The notes under the pieces were generated by a model. The model was not told the origin of the DNA. It was given only the letters and a program-made list of their open reading frames with translations, and searched no databases. Of a stretch of DNA of 64,000 nt, positions 1 through 14,199 are shown in pieces (within the stretch, counting starts at the first letter, position 1; each line of letters starts with the position of its first letter). This DNA is from Glycera tridactyla (lineage: Eukaryota): positions 39,246,001-39,310,000 of the forward strand of contig OZ286477.1 in assembly GCA_965644265.1 (NCBI GenBank). The letters run 5' to 3'. The position numbers and the translations under genes were made by a program.

Positions 1-253
1 TCATCTGTTCCGATTTACACAATTAAAATCTGCAGGAAGCAAGAGATAAAAGTAGACAACTGGCTCAGCATGCGATAGTGAACATCATAACGATTGCTTA
101 TAATTCCATCTTGGAGGAAACGTTTGAAACAGCAGTAAACACCCGCAGAGTAAAATGATATAATGGAAAAATATAAAACCAACTAACGCTTCGTCACAAC
201 AGTGCCTGGAGGAGTAATACCTGGAAAAGATAGCTAGTAAGTTTGTTAACATT

Positions 254-420
254 TCAAATCAGAAAACAGCTCCATGGGATAGTAAATGTGGTTGCTGTGA
301 GGATTGCATGACTCGGCAATGACCATGGCTGGTTGTGTGAAAAGGCCCAAAAGTTCAATAAGATGAATGTATAGTAGTATGACATTTCAATAACCCACGT
401 CCTATTAGTGAATATGGCAC
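254..420 (-). mobile_element. Possible CR1/L2 3' remnant
   Basis: FWAFSHNQPWSLPSHAILTATTF resembles the FFS-R---WNSLPS-V--A motif. Weak. Confidence 0.3.
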
Positions 421-1717
421 AAGAGGAATTTTGAAAGTCATTCAGAGATTGATTGATAGACCATTCTGAAGAGACAGAATTTATATTTGGAGGAGAGTTA
501 TTGGCCTCTGACGAATAAAATATTTCGTCCAATGACGTGGAATGAGGTGTCCTTCAAAAAAACGTAAAATGACCTTCAGTTCTTCAGTTCATAGAGATGA
601 ACTGACTATTCTTAATATCAAAATCAATGGTGGCTAACAATGTGCAATTGCTCACACTAACATTGATTGTCATTTTACAGAGCTGATCTCTAAAAAGATA
701 GATGGATAACTCTTCATTTTTTCATCTTCAATATATTGTACATGTATATATATATATATATATACAATTGCCCCTTATGGGAGGGCTTTTACGATACACC
801 CAAATATGGTCAGTTTCACTTGAGTCACGTAAGAATCACAGCAATCACCATTAACAGAATGAGTCATCACGAGTAACCAATGGCTAGGGAGGGTATCAAC
901 AGACAGAAGGTTGACTACGTTTTATAAAGAAAAATGATGTCCACCTGCTAGTCCATTAATGAGATCCCGTGGTCCCTTGATATGGATTGCCTGCCCGTCA
1001 CGGTGGATATACTTAAGATAATATACTAAATAGAGAAAGGCAAGAAGATGCCATGATGCAGAACTACATCAGGCAGCTGTAGCAGCACACCAATCAGGCA
1101 TTGCTAGGATGTTTCTCAAATAAAAGTAATACATTGGATCATCCACGCTGAAAGTGACATCTTGTGTACAACAAAAGAAATCACAAAGATTCAAACATTA
1201 GCAGATAACCTTTGTACTTGCAATGCCAACCATCTACAGAGGAAGAAAGTCACAGACACATAAGCAAATACTTCTTGGTATTCATTGAAGTCATCGACTC
1301 AAGAGGTATTGAATGAAAAAGCTACATTGATTTGTTGATTTATTGATGTTTGAGAGTTCTTCACAATACATATTTGATGATATGCTCTAGTATCATCACA
1401 GCTCGTGTCAATGGACAGATTGTTCTCTCATGATGATTTTGTACAACTTTCGTAAGAAGAAGTAGACAGTGAGAGATTGATTTTCCTTTTGTCATATACA
1501 CATCAATTCATGATGTTAATGCATTTGAAATTGACTTCAATCAGTATAATATTGCATATAATGTCATTTGAACCTATTTTCAAATCGATTAAATATCATC
1601 CAACATTGAAACAATCTATATACAGTCGAACCTGCTCAAAAGATAACCTCATCATCATCGCATTCTGGGGAACACTGAGCCTTTCTTAGGTTGCAACTAC
1701 TTAACAAGATATGGTTA

Positions 1718-2207
1718 TGTGATAGTATAACGAGAATCACCAACCTGAGCGGTACCAACGATGATATCACACGCGAGGGAGTGTCGGCGTCGCAATATCA
1801 CGAAGGGTCGCAGGCCCCGAGGGATCTTGCACGCCAGCGCTCACGGGCGCTCACGAGCGTGCGATATCATCGTTCTTACCACTCAGGGTGGTGATTCTTG
1901 TTTTTATGCCACACTCAAACTAGTTTCTTTGATCTGATTCAGTTATTTTCTTGTTATTATTGAAATCTTCTTCATCCTACTTTGTGGAAGGAGCCATGAC
2001 AACAGGCATCCACCATCTTTGTTTACCTACAATTTCCATTGGTACCCTATCTGTCAGCACATCACCTCATATTCCAACTGAAGCTAGGGTACCAGTATGG
2101 TAAGTGAACAATGAAAATAGTTCCAGCAGTACTCCCCGGTCGGGGGAAATTTCACGTGATATCACATACCACTTTATCACATAGAACACTGCGCAAGTGG
2201 GGCATAA
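1718..2207. mobile_element. Non-autonomous dispersed element, family A copy 1: about 200-bp hairpin (1718-1914) plus about 290-bp body
   Basis: Arms agaatcacc(a/c)(a/c)cctgag(c/t)ggta...aacgatgatatc are inverted; apex c(GCA)g. The body is homologous to 8100-8350. Confidence 0.7.
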
Positions 2208-5200
2208 TTCTGGTTATCCAATGTCTGCACAAGATTCGAGTTATCTGGCCTTTTCGGTAATCTCAGCTTTCTTCTTAGGACACCTGTTGGTAGACGAAAT
2301 GCTCAGTGGTGTCTAAGTTTGAATCTACTCATCTTGATGCTATATTTTCTCGTAGGTTTTGTCCTCTTATCACAATGTGTACATGCAGATAGTTTCATTG
2401 CCATCTATAATACATAACAGGGTTGCCTTTCGCCCATCATGCATAAAAACAGTTGGCATTTCCTGCTTACTTCATGCCTGATCCAATCTCGACCTATTAA
2501 CCTATGATTACTGACTACTTATTCATAATTCTGGCAGACTCTACTTCTCTCCTGTGCATCATTTCCTGGATTGGCTGACTGTACATGTGCACCAGGTTGC
2601 ACTCCTTCCCCTTCATTCGCTCTTAAGTAGATTGACGGATTGCTACAATGCTAGCTGATTGTTGACTGAGTATTCTCAGAATTATGACTGCCCTGCCTGC
2701 AGTCAACTTTTGTCTTCCTGCGTATCATTCGAAACTATATTATCATTGTTACCAGACAAATACACATAAATGTACATAGTCGAACAATGGTCATGTGGTA
2801 AGCTATGAAAGAGACTGATCTCTATGGACAGGTGGCATGTGTAGAATGATTGTCAATAATATAGAAAGATTTATATGATGAGGTGGCCTCTGTAGACAGG
2901 TTCGATCGTATATAGATACATACATATATATAGAGAGAAAAGTATAAAAAGATATATATTCCATGAAAACTTCACTCAAATGTACATCTGAACAATGTTG
3001 TGCCACTACTGGGACAGAAACATCTGCCTAAAGTGCGTAACACCATCACCAAGCTCCTCCAACAAGTGCACAGGGATCTCTATCGAACATCCACCACAAA
3101 TAGCTAATGAAAACAAACTGATAACCATGCAGTCCTATAAAACCTGTCTAGCATTCACAAGTGGGATCGCCCCCATTTGTGTTTTATCTGATGACCAATT
3201 ACTATGCCTTCCCAGCTTCATCATCCGACATTTATGTAGTGTATATCTAGAAAGCATTCCTCGGCAATGCTTTGATGAGATGAAATATTTCCAAACCACA
3301 ATTCACCAGAGAATGCCAAGACTAAACAAGCAATTCACAATAATGTAATCTTCCCAGGTGACCCATGCCAAGAGAGAGAGGAATGTCCAGGAAGGATAGA
3401 AGGAACATAAAAAAAATCACCAGAAATGCCAAGTGATACCACACGCATGTGCAATATTAAACCAGAATGCAAGCTTTTTGCATCAAAAAACATATCAAAT
3501 TACTGCAAAATTCCTGCCCTGCTGTAAAATACAATGAGTATGTCTTCTTGCAAAAATGATGATCCTGAATGTTACATAAAGGTGTCAAGATGCTGATGCC
3601 AATGATCGGAAGAATATACAATATTTCATCCATCTGGACAATCACAGTACATGCTCCATAATTGTCCTCCGGAAGATCTGAAGATCATGATTTCACAAGA
3701 AGGGTGAGAGTACCTAATGGAACTGAAATGATCACATGCTGTCAATCACCGAATACATGAGATATCTAATGGTTAATCACCAGTGCATGCTGTCGTATGA
3801 CCCTCATCTTCATCAGATGTAATGGGTGAGCAATACTTATCATTACTTTTTAGTTGGGTAAACATGTAAAATGTTAGTAGGGGGCATTGGACAAATAAAT
3901 ACATGATTTATCGGGTAGCTAACATCATTCCTTTGGTAAGTTATTACTTACTACTGTGATATACGCTGACTAGACCATAAAAACCTACATATAAATCATA
4001 TACCATTATATACTTCAGAACAAAAATCTATGTCACAAGAACACAAATTCCCGAGCTGGCTGTTGACACTGAAAGCTTGGACTGTAGATCGTGAGGATAG
4101 AGTGACATATGTTCTCCAGTGCTATTACTGAATATTCACTCAACAACCAACTCCCAAGAGAACTGAGTTTAACTCTGCACATGTTCGTTTCATGAGCAGG
4201 TGTGTTTCATGTGCAAAACAATGCGATGGCAATGACTGTCACTATCACCCCGACACCTCCAGCAAAATCAATGAAACTAAATGAGGGTCATAGATTGATT
4301 GCTCTCTTCATATCTGCTTGACTCTCTCTGTAACGGAAATGGTGACAGATCCCGAATCTATCATGAAAAATGATTAGATACAAGCCATGACATCGTCAAA
4401 ATAGCAGCTGTCACAAGTCACCCATTACATATAAAGACAGAAATTCCACTTTCAGATATATTCATTCAAGACTTCTAATTTTACGCAGGTTATTTGCCAC
4501 AGGTACGGTGTGATACTAAATCATGATTGTGAAATAATCGCCAAATTCATCATGCATCACATCTCCTTCCAATTTCTCGCACGCCACCTATGCCAAATAG
4601 GGTACATCGGATCGATGGAATCGATGGAGTCATTATCAAAGTATGAAACTGCAGGTGTGATAGCCACACACATGTAATCTAATTGGATGTGATTCTCAAC
4701 AGTTTTGATAACCTCAACACATGAGCATCTGAAGTCAGAGGAAAGTTTCTCATTTTGAAGGAGATTGATTGCCACGATTACATGAATATCTGACCAACAG
4801 TGCTGCCGGAAGAATGAAACATTCCACACAATTGCTTGAAGTGAATAGCACCATACAACATGATTATATTGCAACTATAAATAAAGTGGTCTGATCCAAT
4901 AGGAATGGGTAGTTTGTTTCAAGAATTCCCAGCGTTTGACACGTATAATAGACTGGGAACAAAATATCTAGTAACAAGTCATGTGTCACCTTCCTGAGCG
5001 CATATTTTATTTGTATGGAATCGCGATTCTCAGGTGATGTCAACAGCATTCGGGTTAACCTATGTCATACCAAATGCATTCATGTGATGTACCATATTAA
5101 GACACAGTAATGTGAGAAACCACCATCGATGAGTTTTGACACTTCGGATAAATCTATGTCAAAATTGAACGGATATGCATATACACGCCATGAATCTATG

Positions 5201-6186
5201 TCAAAATTGAACGGATATGCATATATGAGCCATATCGGTCCCAGGCTTTTGAATGGACCTCTGCATGATTCAAGTATTTATAAATAGATTGCATGAACCA
5301 TGTATCGAATACCACATGGTCTCCATTCGGATTTTTTGTTTTATAACTTTTATTTGAAATCGTCATCATCAATTATACACATATACAGAGGTGTACTTCT
5401 CCAGAGTAGCGATAACGGATCATTGAATTCGATGTTCCAAATTATGAAATAATATCATAACTCTATTGACGCATATATATGTATAACTTGTACAAGATGA
5501 AGGATAATGTATACTTTTAGTACAATGCTTTGCTGATGTACAAGACCAAGATGGTCCATCAATGTACAGCTGTACGAGCATATCTGTGGTCTTGCATGTC
5601 TAGGTATATTGATGAGCAACTCCGTGAGAAAAAAGAAGATGGACTCGAACGATATTCGCCCTAAAACCCCAGAGAACTGCACCATCAGGAGGAAGCAAGC
5701 TGAAAGCAAGTGGGGAGACCAATCGACGAAGTCTGCCACTGTTTCCAAGAAAAGTGTGATACCTCTTTTTAGTGGAATATGTGTTAGTACACTCTCCTCA
5801 TCATTCCAATTGAAGCCGAGATATGGTATCAATTTGAAGATGTATACCATTCTTATTTGACCGGATTAAAAGTATTACAGGTCACACGTATAATCAACTT
5901 GGAGAATGCCTATTCACAATGCATATAAGAATAATTTTGAACGTATATGATCAAAAGTTGTGTATTGTATAGAAAATATTGAGGCATATGAAGAAAAGAT
6001 TTGGATGAATCATGAAAGCTTCCTTTCATCTGAGTACTGTAAATCTGTCCTTACTGGATATATTGAGACATCAATTTCTGTATATCAAGGAATGATGAGG
6101 ATGAGTGTGAAAGGTTCCTGTTGTACCAGAAATGTAATGCAAGTGAGACAAAAATTGTGCGATGAGAGACACTGAATTTGTTCATG

Positions 6187-6500
6187 TCATATGTAGTTAT
6201 TAAAGCAATCAGCAGGATCTTGTGAAGCTCCTAGATCTACAGAATAGTGAAGCTGATTTAATTTGAAAACGACGAACGCGCATTCTTCGATATATTCAAA
6301 GTCATTTGGATCAGATGCTGATTTTCCAAGTATCTCAGTGTTTTCCACAAAAATCATTGATGTAAGGTAATAGTTGCACACTCTGTGAAAATGGTATCTG
6401 AAATCAGTCTTAAAAAGTGCATGGACTGCATTCATCATCGAAAATCTGAAATACATCCCGATGTCCTGCATGGCAAATCAGCTTTTGGATTGCCAAACAT
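6187..6500 (-). mobile_element. Degraded L2/CR1-type LINE ORF2 fragment
   Basis: Translation QDIG...AVHAL...ILGKSASDPNDFEYIEECAFVVFKLNQLH resembles the L2 ORF2 segment RNIG...LVHA...GLP...LQxIQNxAARLI...H. Matched by eye only. Confidence 0.45.
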
Positions 6501-7115
6501 AATTATAACAAATTCACTGGCTATGATTCGAAGATGTCCATCACACTAAAATAAAATGTAGTGGTCGCTTTCCATCAATCATACGTTATCCAATATTTGA
6601 TATTCGATAATATTGGAGATGTCTCATCATTTTCAACTATAGCAGAGCATGCCGACCGCATTGCAAATCTGATTTTTTTTTTTAAGAATTCATGCTTATT
6701 TGGGGTGGTGGATCGCTGACGTGAGTTAACACGAGATGATAATAGTTTTCTTGTCATCTAATTAGTTCAAGATCATAGAACATCTTAAAGTAAAGCATTG
6801 GTAGCGTTTTGATTTATTGGATATGTAGTTTGGTTCGAAATTGATAGCGTCATGATTTTGCTACGATGTAGATGGCACTACGAAAGGCGAATATAGAAAG
6901 ATGCGAAACGTTGGGAACTCAACCTAGTTTCTGTTGATTTTCGGGAAAACCCCGAAAATGTCAAGAATGTTGATTTCTGTACCCCTGTGAAGCTTGAGTG
7001 TATGACATGAACAAATGTGCCTACCGACTATCTCTCTAGTGGGGGACCATCATTGACAAAGGTTTTGTATTTTTGATTATTTCATTCTGTCATGATGGTA
7101 CTTTCTCACGTGTTC

Positions 7116-7400
7116 TCACAAAAGCCAGAACCTGGCGGAGTCAACCAGATATGAACACATGCCATATCCATACTTTTTCAGGTTAATTGGGGCAAGGTAT
7201 GTTGTGTTCGGGTTGATGGGGGGTTTGATATATTGTGAAATAATCTCAGATGTTGCTATGATGAAGAGAAATCCAGTTTGGTAGCTGACACACTTGAAGT
7301 GCACATAAGATAAGCCCACCATGAAATCATGTCGGTATGGGTGGATTGTGAGAAATCTGAGAATTCTTATGTTAGTTCATGTTATGCACAGATGTAGTAA
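7116..7400 (-). mobile_element. Degraded L2 LINE 3' ORF2 fragment
   Basis: VHFK...YIKP...NLKKYGYGMCSYL..ARFW resembles the L2 C-terminal segment RIxFK...LKTYGxRAFSYAAPRLW. Matched by eye only. Confidence 0.5.
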
Positions 7401-7930
7401 ATCTCTCAAACGGATTTTCATGATTGAAATGACCATTCAAACAATGGATAAAACCAATGTGATTCATCCTCGACAGAAATAGGAGCAGTCAACTTTTCAA
7501 ATTTGCAGCAAATATTCATTTCTGATTGTGTCCAGTCCAAATGCCAAAGTACTTTCTAATAATATATCACAGATTCGAGCAAAACTGGAAATTGACTTGA
7601 TTATAGATTTGATTTGATTTGATCATATTGTTCAGATCATTAGTGATGAAGAATCTAGATTTTGCACTTTTCTCCTAATTTCAACATCCTTGTGAGAGGT
7701 TTACTGCAGCGGGAATGCCAAGGACCATGTGCTGAAAAGCGCTTTGATACAGAACAACATTAGCCAAACCCCCTCGTTTACACACCATTAATTTTTACGT
7801 TTACGTGGGGTGCCTGGGCTGATGGTTTGGTACAAAAGAGAGCAACATAGGGTCAAACAACTGAGGATCATGTACATCATCTATCACACAGCATATGAAA
7901 AAACAACTAATGCACTCATGTGGGTTGGGT

Positions 7931-8350
7931 ACTATAGCAAGATTCCCCAACCTGGGTGATATGCATGATGATATCACGCACATTGGATCGTAGGTGGAGC
8001 AGGTCCTGGGGGATATCCCTTCAACTAAAATCCTGAGGATATGATAGCATCATTCAAATCACCCAGGTTGGGATATCTTGCATTTATGCCACTATCGAAA
8101 TACATCCTCCCTACTTAAACAAACTTTCTTCTCATTTCTGAAATCTTCTCAGTCCTACTTTGTGAACATGCCTCGACAACTAGTGTTTGGCCATGTTTGT
8201 TGCCATTGCATGCCTACTGGTACCCTATCTGACAGTACGTGAGTATTACATGAACATCAGCTGGAGTACCAGTTGGGTGGTGACCAGTGAAAGAAGTCCT
8301 TGCAATATTCCCCAGGTCGCACAGTATTTTGAGTGATATCACCTACCACG
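7931..8350. mobile_element. Family A copy 2 (diverged): hairpin 7931-8092 plus body
   Basis: Shares tgaaatcttc..tcctactttgtg, ggtaccctatctg.cag and gtgatatcac.taccac with copy 1. Its own arms are complementary (ccaacctgggtgat / atcacccaggttgg). Confidence 0.65.
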
Positions 8351-10400
8351 CATAATTAAGATGGCATTTGATGAATAGCAATTATGGGGAAATAGCTCCA
8401 TTGGGTACTGCCCTGTTATTTTCATAGGGAGGAAGCTTCGAGTGAATGACCACTACCCACACAAGCAATGGTCCAATAGGGCCAACACCTAAATTCACCA
8501 ACTTAAGGATGAAACCAAATCAAACATCCCACCGAGACATGAATATGGCTCAGTGTTAGGCATATGAAATCCACGTGGTTTCAATGGCCTATTCAATTCA
8601 AATCAATGCAATGGGAGGGATCATTCAAGACCCCTCTGTCTGGTTCCCTGCAGGAGGTGGAAGATTCACAGACAATAAGATGTCCAGTCTCGCTTGATGG
8701 AGACCAGATACCATGCTGGCGGATCAGATAGAAATGTCAAAGACCTATAACACCTCTCCTGTTGGAGTAGTAAATTTCGCAGATGGTATGCCTTCTCCAC
8801 AAAGGATATTTATCCAAAGTGTCATGGGCACGTAATCCTGCTAATGATCCCTTTGAGAACCTCGAATACCAGAACAATCCAACCAACCAGCTTATATATG
8901 ATGCTGGTTCTCATGTGTGTTTGTTGTTGCCAGAGGCTACCACTAGGAAATCAGTCCAAAAAAGGTCCAATCGGACGTATGTGTCAAATCTCGATATTTG
9001 ATCTGTTCTGCTGGGCATCTGAAAATGCGGGCTTGATGAGGACAATGCAAGAAGGCAGGTCAATGTTTTTGCCATTAGGACCCCATGTACCTCACTTCGC
9101 AGACAAAATATCTGGATCGGGTATCTACAGGAAGACACAAGGTGTATCAAACAACTGCAACTTCAACAAATTCAAGACTAATCAAATTCCATTCATAACT
9201 AACAAGTGTAAAAGTGCTTTCTATGACGTATGTGAACAATCTGTATATCATATGCATAAGCATGAAAGAATGTTAATTTCTTGTTTATAATATTGACATT
9301 ATGAAACACATCCCTAGTACCATGTTAACCTCTCAGCAAGGGGAAACTCTTATATACAAAGTATTCACTTAATATGGGGGAGAGACTGAAGCTTCTCAGC
9401 AATTCACCGTGGTCCACATGTTTGATCGATACTCCAATCATCTACGCTAACTGGGAAGCATCGGGGTACATATAAAACTTTATCATATTGAGTTTTAAGG
9501 TGCAGCTTGCCAATACCCACAAAACTGTTCATTATCGATAGAGATGTAGATGTAGATAGACTAAATAATCATTGCGTATTCAGAAATATATTCAAATGAA
9601 ATATATAATCACGAATTCAAATAAAATTGAATTGCAATTGCCCATTTGATTGCATTGTAAGACTCTTGGCAACTTTGCATCATGTTGTCGAGTCATATTA
9701 ATCACTGACTGATGTGAACATTCTGAAATTCTATGAGATAGAATTCCCTCACTATATTGAGGTTTTCTCTGGCTCATTTCAATGTCGACTGAATGCTCAG
9801 ATTTTTTCGACAGGATGTGATCATGAGCTTGTCGATGGTTGCATTTGGTAATTCCAAATGGAAATGTTTTGTATGTAGATATCGGAGATCAACAAAATCA
9901 TTTATGGTAAGCAAAATTATTTTCTGTCTCAGTGATGCAATGAAACATTTGATATGAGATCAGTACCGGGTCCTTCTTACCGTGTAATACCATATTCACA
10001 GATGAGTTAATGGGAAAAAAGATGAGAGAGCAATCCGTATTTATATCTTCGTCAGACTGACACTATTCGAACTCAATTATCCAGTGATACTTTCGAAACA
10101 TCAGCGTGGAACTATGAATTTCAGCCAATTTGGGAATTGTCAGCCATTTTACTTGCCCTTTTTTGAAGAAATAATAATTCACTTGTATCTTATCATCTGC
10201 TCCACCACATCAGGTGATTTTGTGAAGCCCTTGATAGGCTTTTGAATGAGTGACTTTTCAAAAAGTATCTTCATTGATGATACACTGTTTCACATAGTGC
10301 TTACATTTAGAGAACCGGTCCTCTGATAATTGAATCTCATCACTTCACTGCTTAAGGCTGCATTGGATCAGATCAATCACTGAAGAACAAATTCCATGGC

Positions 10401-10465
10401 TCAGTCCCATGTCTTTCCAAGACATCTGTGACCTGCGGGGTCTCGTTTCTCATGGTATATCCTAT
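10401..10465 (-). CDS. Possible terminal coding exon (DRIYHEKRDPAGHRCLGKTWD*)
   Basis: Nearest phase-1 acceptor I found with an open frame (aatacactcatacag|AT AGG). The pyrimidine tract is weak and alternatives are not excluded. Confidence 0.28.
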
Positions 10466-10927
10466 CTGTATGAGTGTATTCAAAATATGACAACTAGATA
10501 CGCTAGTTGATGAATCACTGCATCGCAAGATACTCTAGGTCCAAGATAAATCGTCCAACGAATATAAATAGACATCAGGATCAAGGATATAGGGATACTT
10601 CTACATTGAACATCTATACCAAGATAACAGATAGAAGAAGACAGACTCCAAATATCTGAGGAATGATTGAAACTACTGATTGTTCGACACTATTTATTTT
10701 ACTACTTACAGAATATTTGTTATTCACTATTCGTACTGATGAGATACTTAAAGAATAACAATGTACATCATGTGCAGTTTTAGGAAGTTCCAACTGCAGT
10801 TATGCAATTCATCAGCAATTATGTTGTGAGATAACTAGCTTGTTCAAGACTAGATAGAAGAGGGTCAATTCAGATAAAGACATCCATAGATACTAAGTGC
10901 ATCCAACAACAAGATATAAAAACTTAC

Positions 10928-11046
10928 CGAGAGCATCGTCTGGTTCCATCATATCATCATTCTCGTACATTGTAGCAACCCGAGATGGCGGTCTGATCAT
11001 CCAAGTTGGCTGCTTCGGAGTTTCATAGATATTTGGTGATTTACCT
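10928..11046 (-). CDS. Cytoplasmic-tail exon (119 nt, phase 2 to 1), GKSPNIYETPKQPTWMIRPPSRVATMYENDDMMEPDDAL
   Basis: Acceptor ctgctttcttcccttaacag, donor CTC G|gtaagt. Open in the phase left by the TM exon. Confidence 0.82.
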
Positions 11047-11706
11047 CTGTTAAGGGAAGAAAGCAGCAGAACAAAGTCAGTAATTTCCAGTTCGAAACAA
11101 TTGAATTTTTACTATATGAAAACGATTGTAGTCATACTCTAAGCAATTTGGAGTGCTCTATTCATGAACGATGATTGGTATCATGCTAGAATGCCATATC
11201 ACACCTTCTCATTCACTCACACATGCGCTCAAACCACACATCAACTCATTTGGGTTAGGATGATGGTTGGACAGTAAACGGTGACGTGTGTCTTTTTGAT
11301 TTAATTTGATTTAATACTTCATTTTAATCCGTCATGTTGTAGAGTATACAAATATACACTGCCTCCAGTCAGCTAATGTCTCACTGACGTTTCGCATTTC
11401 ATTCCTTTCTCACGAGTTTTCCCTGAGTGAGAAGAAATCTTCACCTGCATGCTTTCGTATGAAAGTGAGTGAACTACAATTTGCGAAGGTACATCATGCA
11501 GTCAATGGTCCAAAATATTGGGATTGATTTATTAATCAGAATCACACGGGTCTTCAGAATTCAACGGCAGACCTGTCAAAAAGGGATTGTGCCTGTTGGA
11601 TTCTCTGCCCTTTGTTAACTCGACGACTGACCAGAAAGTGCACTTGTCCTAGAATGGTTTCAGAGCTGGAATGGCTAGAATGGTTTCTGAGCTAAAATGG
11701 TTCATG

Positions 11707-11707
11707 G

Positions 11708-11771
<64 letters not shown>
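11707..11771. repeat. (CT)n(CA)n compound microsatellite
   Basis: Seen directly. Confidence 0.97.
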
Positions 11772-11773
<2 letters not shown>

Positions 11774-12894
11774 CCATCCAACGTTTCACTGCAAAACTGC
11801 CCCATATCAGGCTCAGAGGAAGCTTGACCAATATAAGTAGAAACTGTCATATTGGACCCACTCCAAAAATAATAGGCCAACACACCCACACAAAAGACCG
11901 CATCCCAGAAGATTCAGATAAATATTCACAGTACTAGGGGAGTGGATGGTGGTCAATAGATGGTGCGTATTTGGACTTATATCTGACACGAAATATTTCC
12001 ATATAATTTTCACATTATGACTGGGTAAAAGTTTAATTTGAAGTAAGATCATCCCGATTGGTATCAATTACAAACCGGAGGTCATTTGTATCATTATTCC
12101 ACAAAAAACGCACTCTCTCTTCACCAATTCTACGTGGTTTATAAGATTAGGTCAAGTGTTCCATGTCGAGGAATTAACAGCCCTTCAGTAGCGAGTTAGG
12201 TACAGACACTCCAGTTCTCAGCTGAGCAGCACTGTTTACAGCAGTGGCATAAAGGTAGTGATGGTGATTGTAGAGTGCTCAGGCCATGCAGATAATTCTG
12301 TGTCCATGGTTGTATACTCCCCAGGGAGATGAGAAAGGTACAAGTTTGAACGGGCCTGCCATGGAATGTATTTCTAAAGTCGGTTGAACATACCAGGGAC
12401 TAAATTCTTGATTTTGCAGCAAATTTTCATTGCATAGTTGATCTCAGCTACACTATTATTTGACTCAATATAAAATCAGAATAGAGTCTTTCTTGCAAGA
12501 ATCTTGTATATGGTTTCTGTAACATTTTGAGAAAATGTATTAAGAGATGGCATTGTTGAAGGAAGTGTTTGTCAGTAAATTTTATCTCGTCGAAATTACC
12601 TCGAGTTTATAATGCTATTACTAACACAATGAATGTATTATACTAAGGATATACCGGACAAGGTTGCAGCATTTTGCAACTAAATGTATTTTTCGTTTTA
12701 GATTAAAGTTTATTACAATTACACCGAACTTTAAACCATCACACTTACATTTATATTTAGTAACGAGCTCAAATGCGGGTTCCGTCTAAGGCCATCGGGG
12801 TAACTACTATTTGTTAATGAGTAATCTAAAAGACATTCATATGTACTTGATGGATGAGTCTGATTATATCAACACCTTCACCTGCATGCGATCA

Positions 12895-12923
12895 TTGATT
12901 GATTGATTGATTGATTGATTGAT

Positions 12924-12985
<62 letters not shown>
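12895..12985. repeat. (TGAT)n microsatellite
   Basis: Seen directly; shorter runs occur near 14578, 25421 and 50226. Confidence 0.97.
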
Positions 12986-12987
<2 letters not shown>

Positions 12988-14199
12988 GTCAGCATGCAGT
13001 CTGATTGGAGCAAAAGATTTACCTTTTGCAGGATGGGCATGCACGAACATGAATGGGGAGGGAATTGTGCTAAGTTGCTGCGCATTTGGATGTTGGATTT
13101 CCAGTACCTTCCCGGGAATACATCACGGGTATATTTGCACACTACATTGAGATTTCCTAGGAGATAGTGATTGGTCATTAGGATCACGTGGTTGATTTGT
13201 CAGGGCTCTACGGGTTTATTATCCATCCACATGCGAGAAACTACCACCCCCATACCCCACTTGTGAGAGGATATGATCAAAACTAGATGTGGCCAATGTG
13301 CAAAAGCAGGCAGCATTGACAGTGACATGCATTCATACACACCGGACTACTATCCGTCGGCCTTGTGACCTGTAGTGAAATAAACCCTCATATAGCAATT
13401 CAAAGAACAGTTGAACAAGTAGGACAAGTCAATAATAGTGAGAAAATCTCCGGCGGGAAATTAGAAAGTGGCTGCTTGAGAAAGGTGGCTGCTCAGTACA
13501 GTGGCTGCTTAGAACAGCTTAGACTGTATATATATCGAAAAAAACTGCCTCGCCTCAACTGATACAATAAGGAGAAGCAGCAATTCCCTTCAAGAATGGC
13601 CAAAAGATAACTCTAGTCACTGATTGTCTAGCTGATTGTGATCCCAAATTTTATGATTTTTTGACATAAATCTGTTGTCTATTTCAGATATCAATAGCAA
13701 ATTTTATTTAGTATGACAGCGTTATATGCGTATGTCATGGGTTGCTTACACATTTTTTCAGCAAATATAGAGTATCGATAGAGCATATAGAGTATCGATA
13801 GAGCATGATGATTTTTCAACATACTGGTCCTGATACATACTGGTATGGTTTGATACCAAGTCAAGAAAATCATGTTTCATTTCATCAAAAGTTTGTTGGT
13901 AATCTGATGATATTTTCTCTCCACCAGTATTCGGAGACAATCTGTGGTTTCTTTCTAGTTGGACTGTGACCTAATGGTAGCCATTGGTTCATCAATCATA
14001 TAGTATAATGAGTTTTCATGCGAATGGAGTATGTTATCTATTTAATGGATAGTGCCTCTTGTGAATTCGATACCCAATCACTGAGAGGACTATCGCTCTT
14101 TCAGGAAAGGATGGTTGCTAATTGGTCCTCTGATACGTACAATACCCATTTCAAGTTGATATAGAAAATCACACAGTGCCGAAAAATCTAATGAAGTGA

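Noticed and set aside
8783-9290. 148-aa and 72-aa plus-strand ORFs as a separate gene
   Set aside because: No recognisable domain or exon chain; possibly a LINE relic, but the resemblance is too weak to call.
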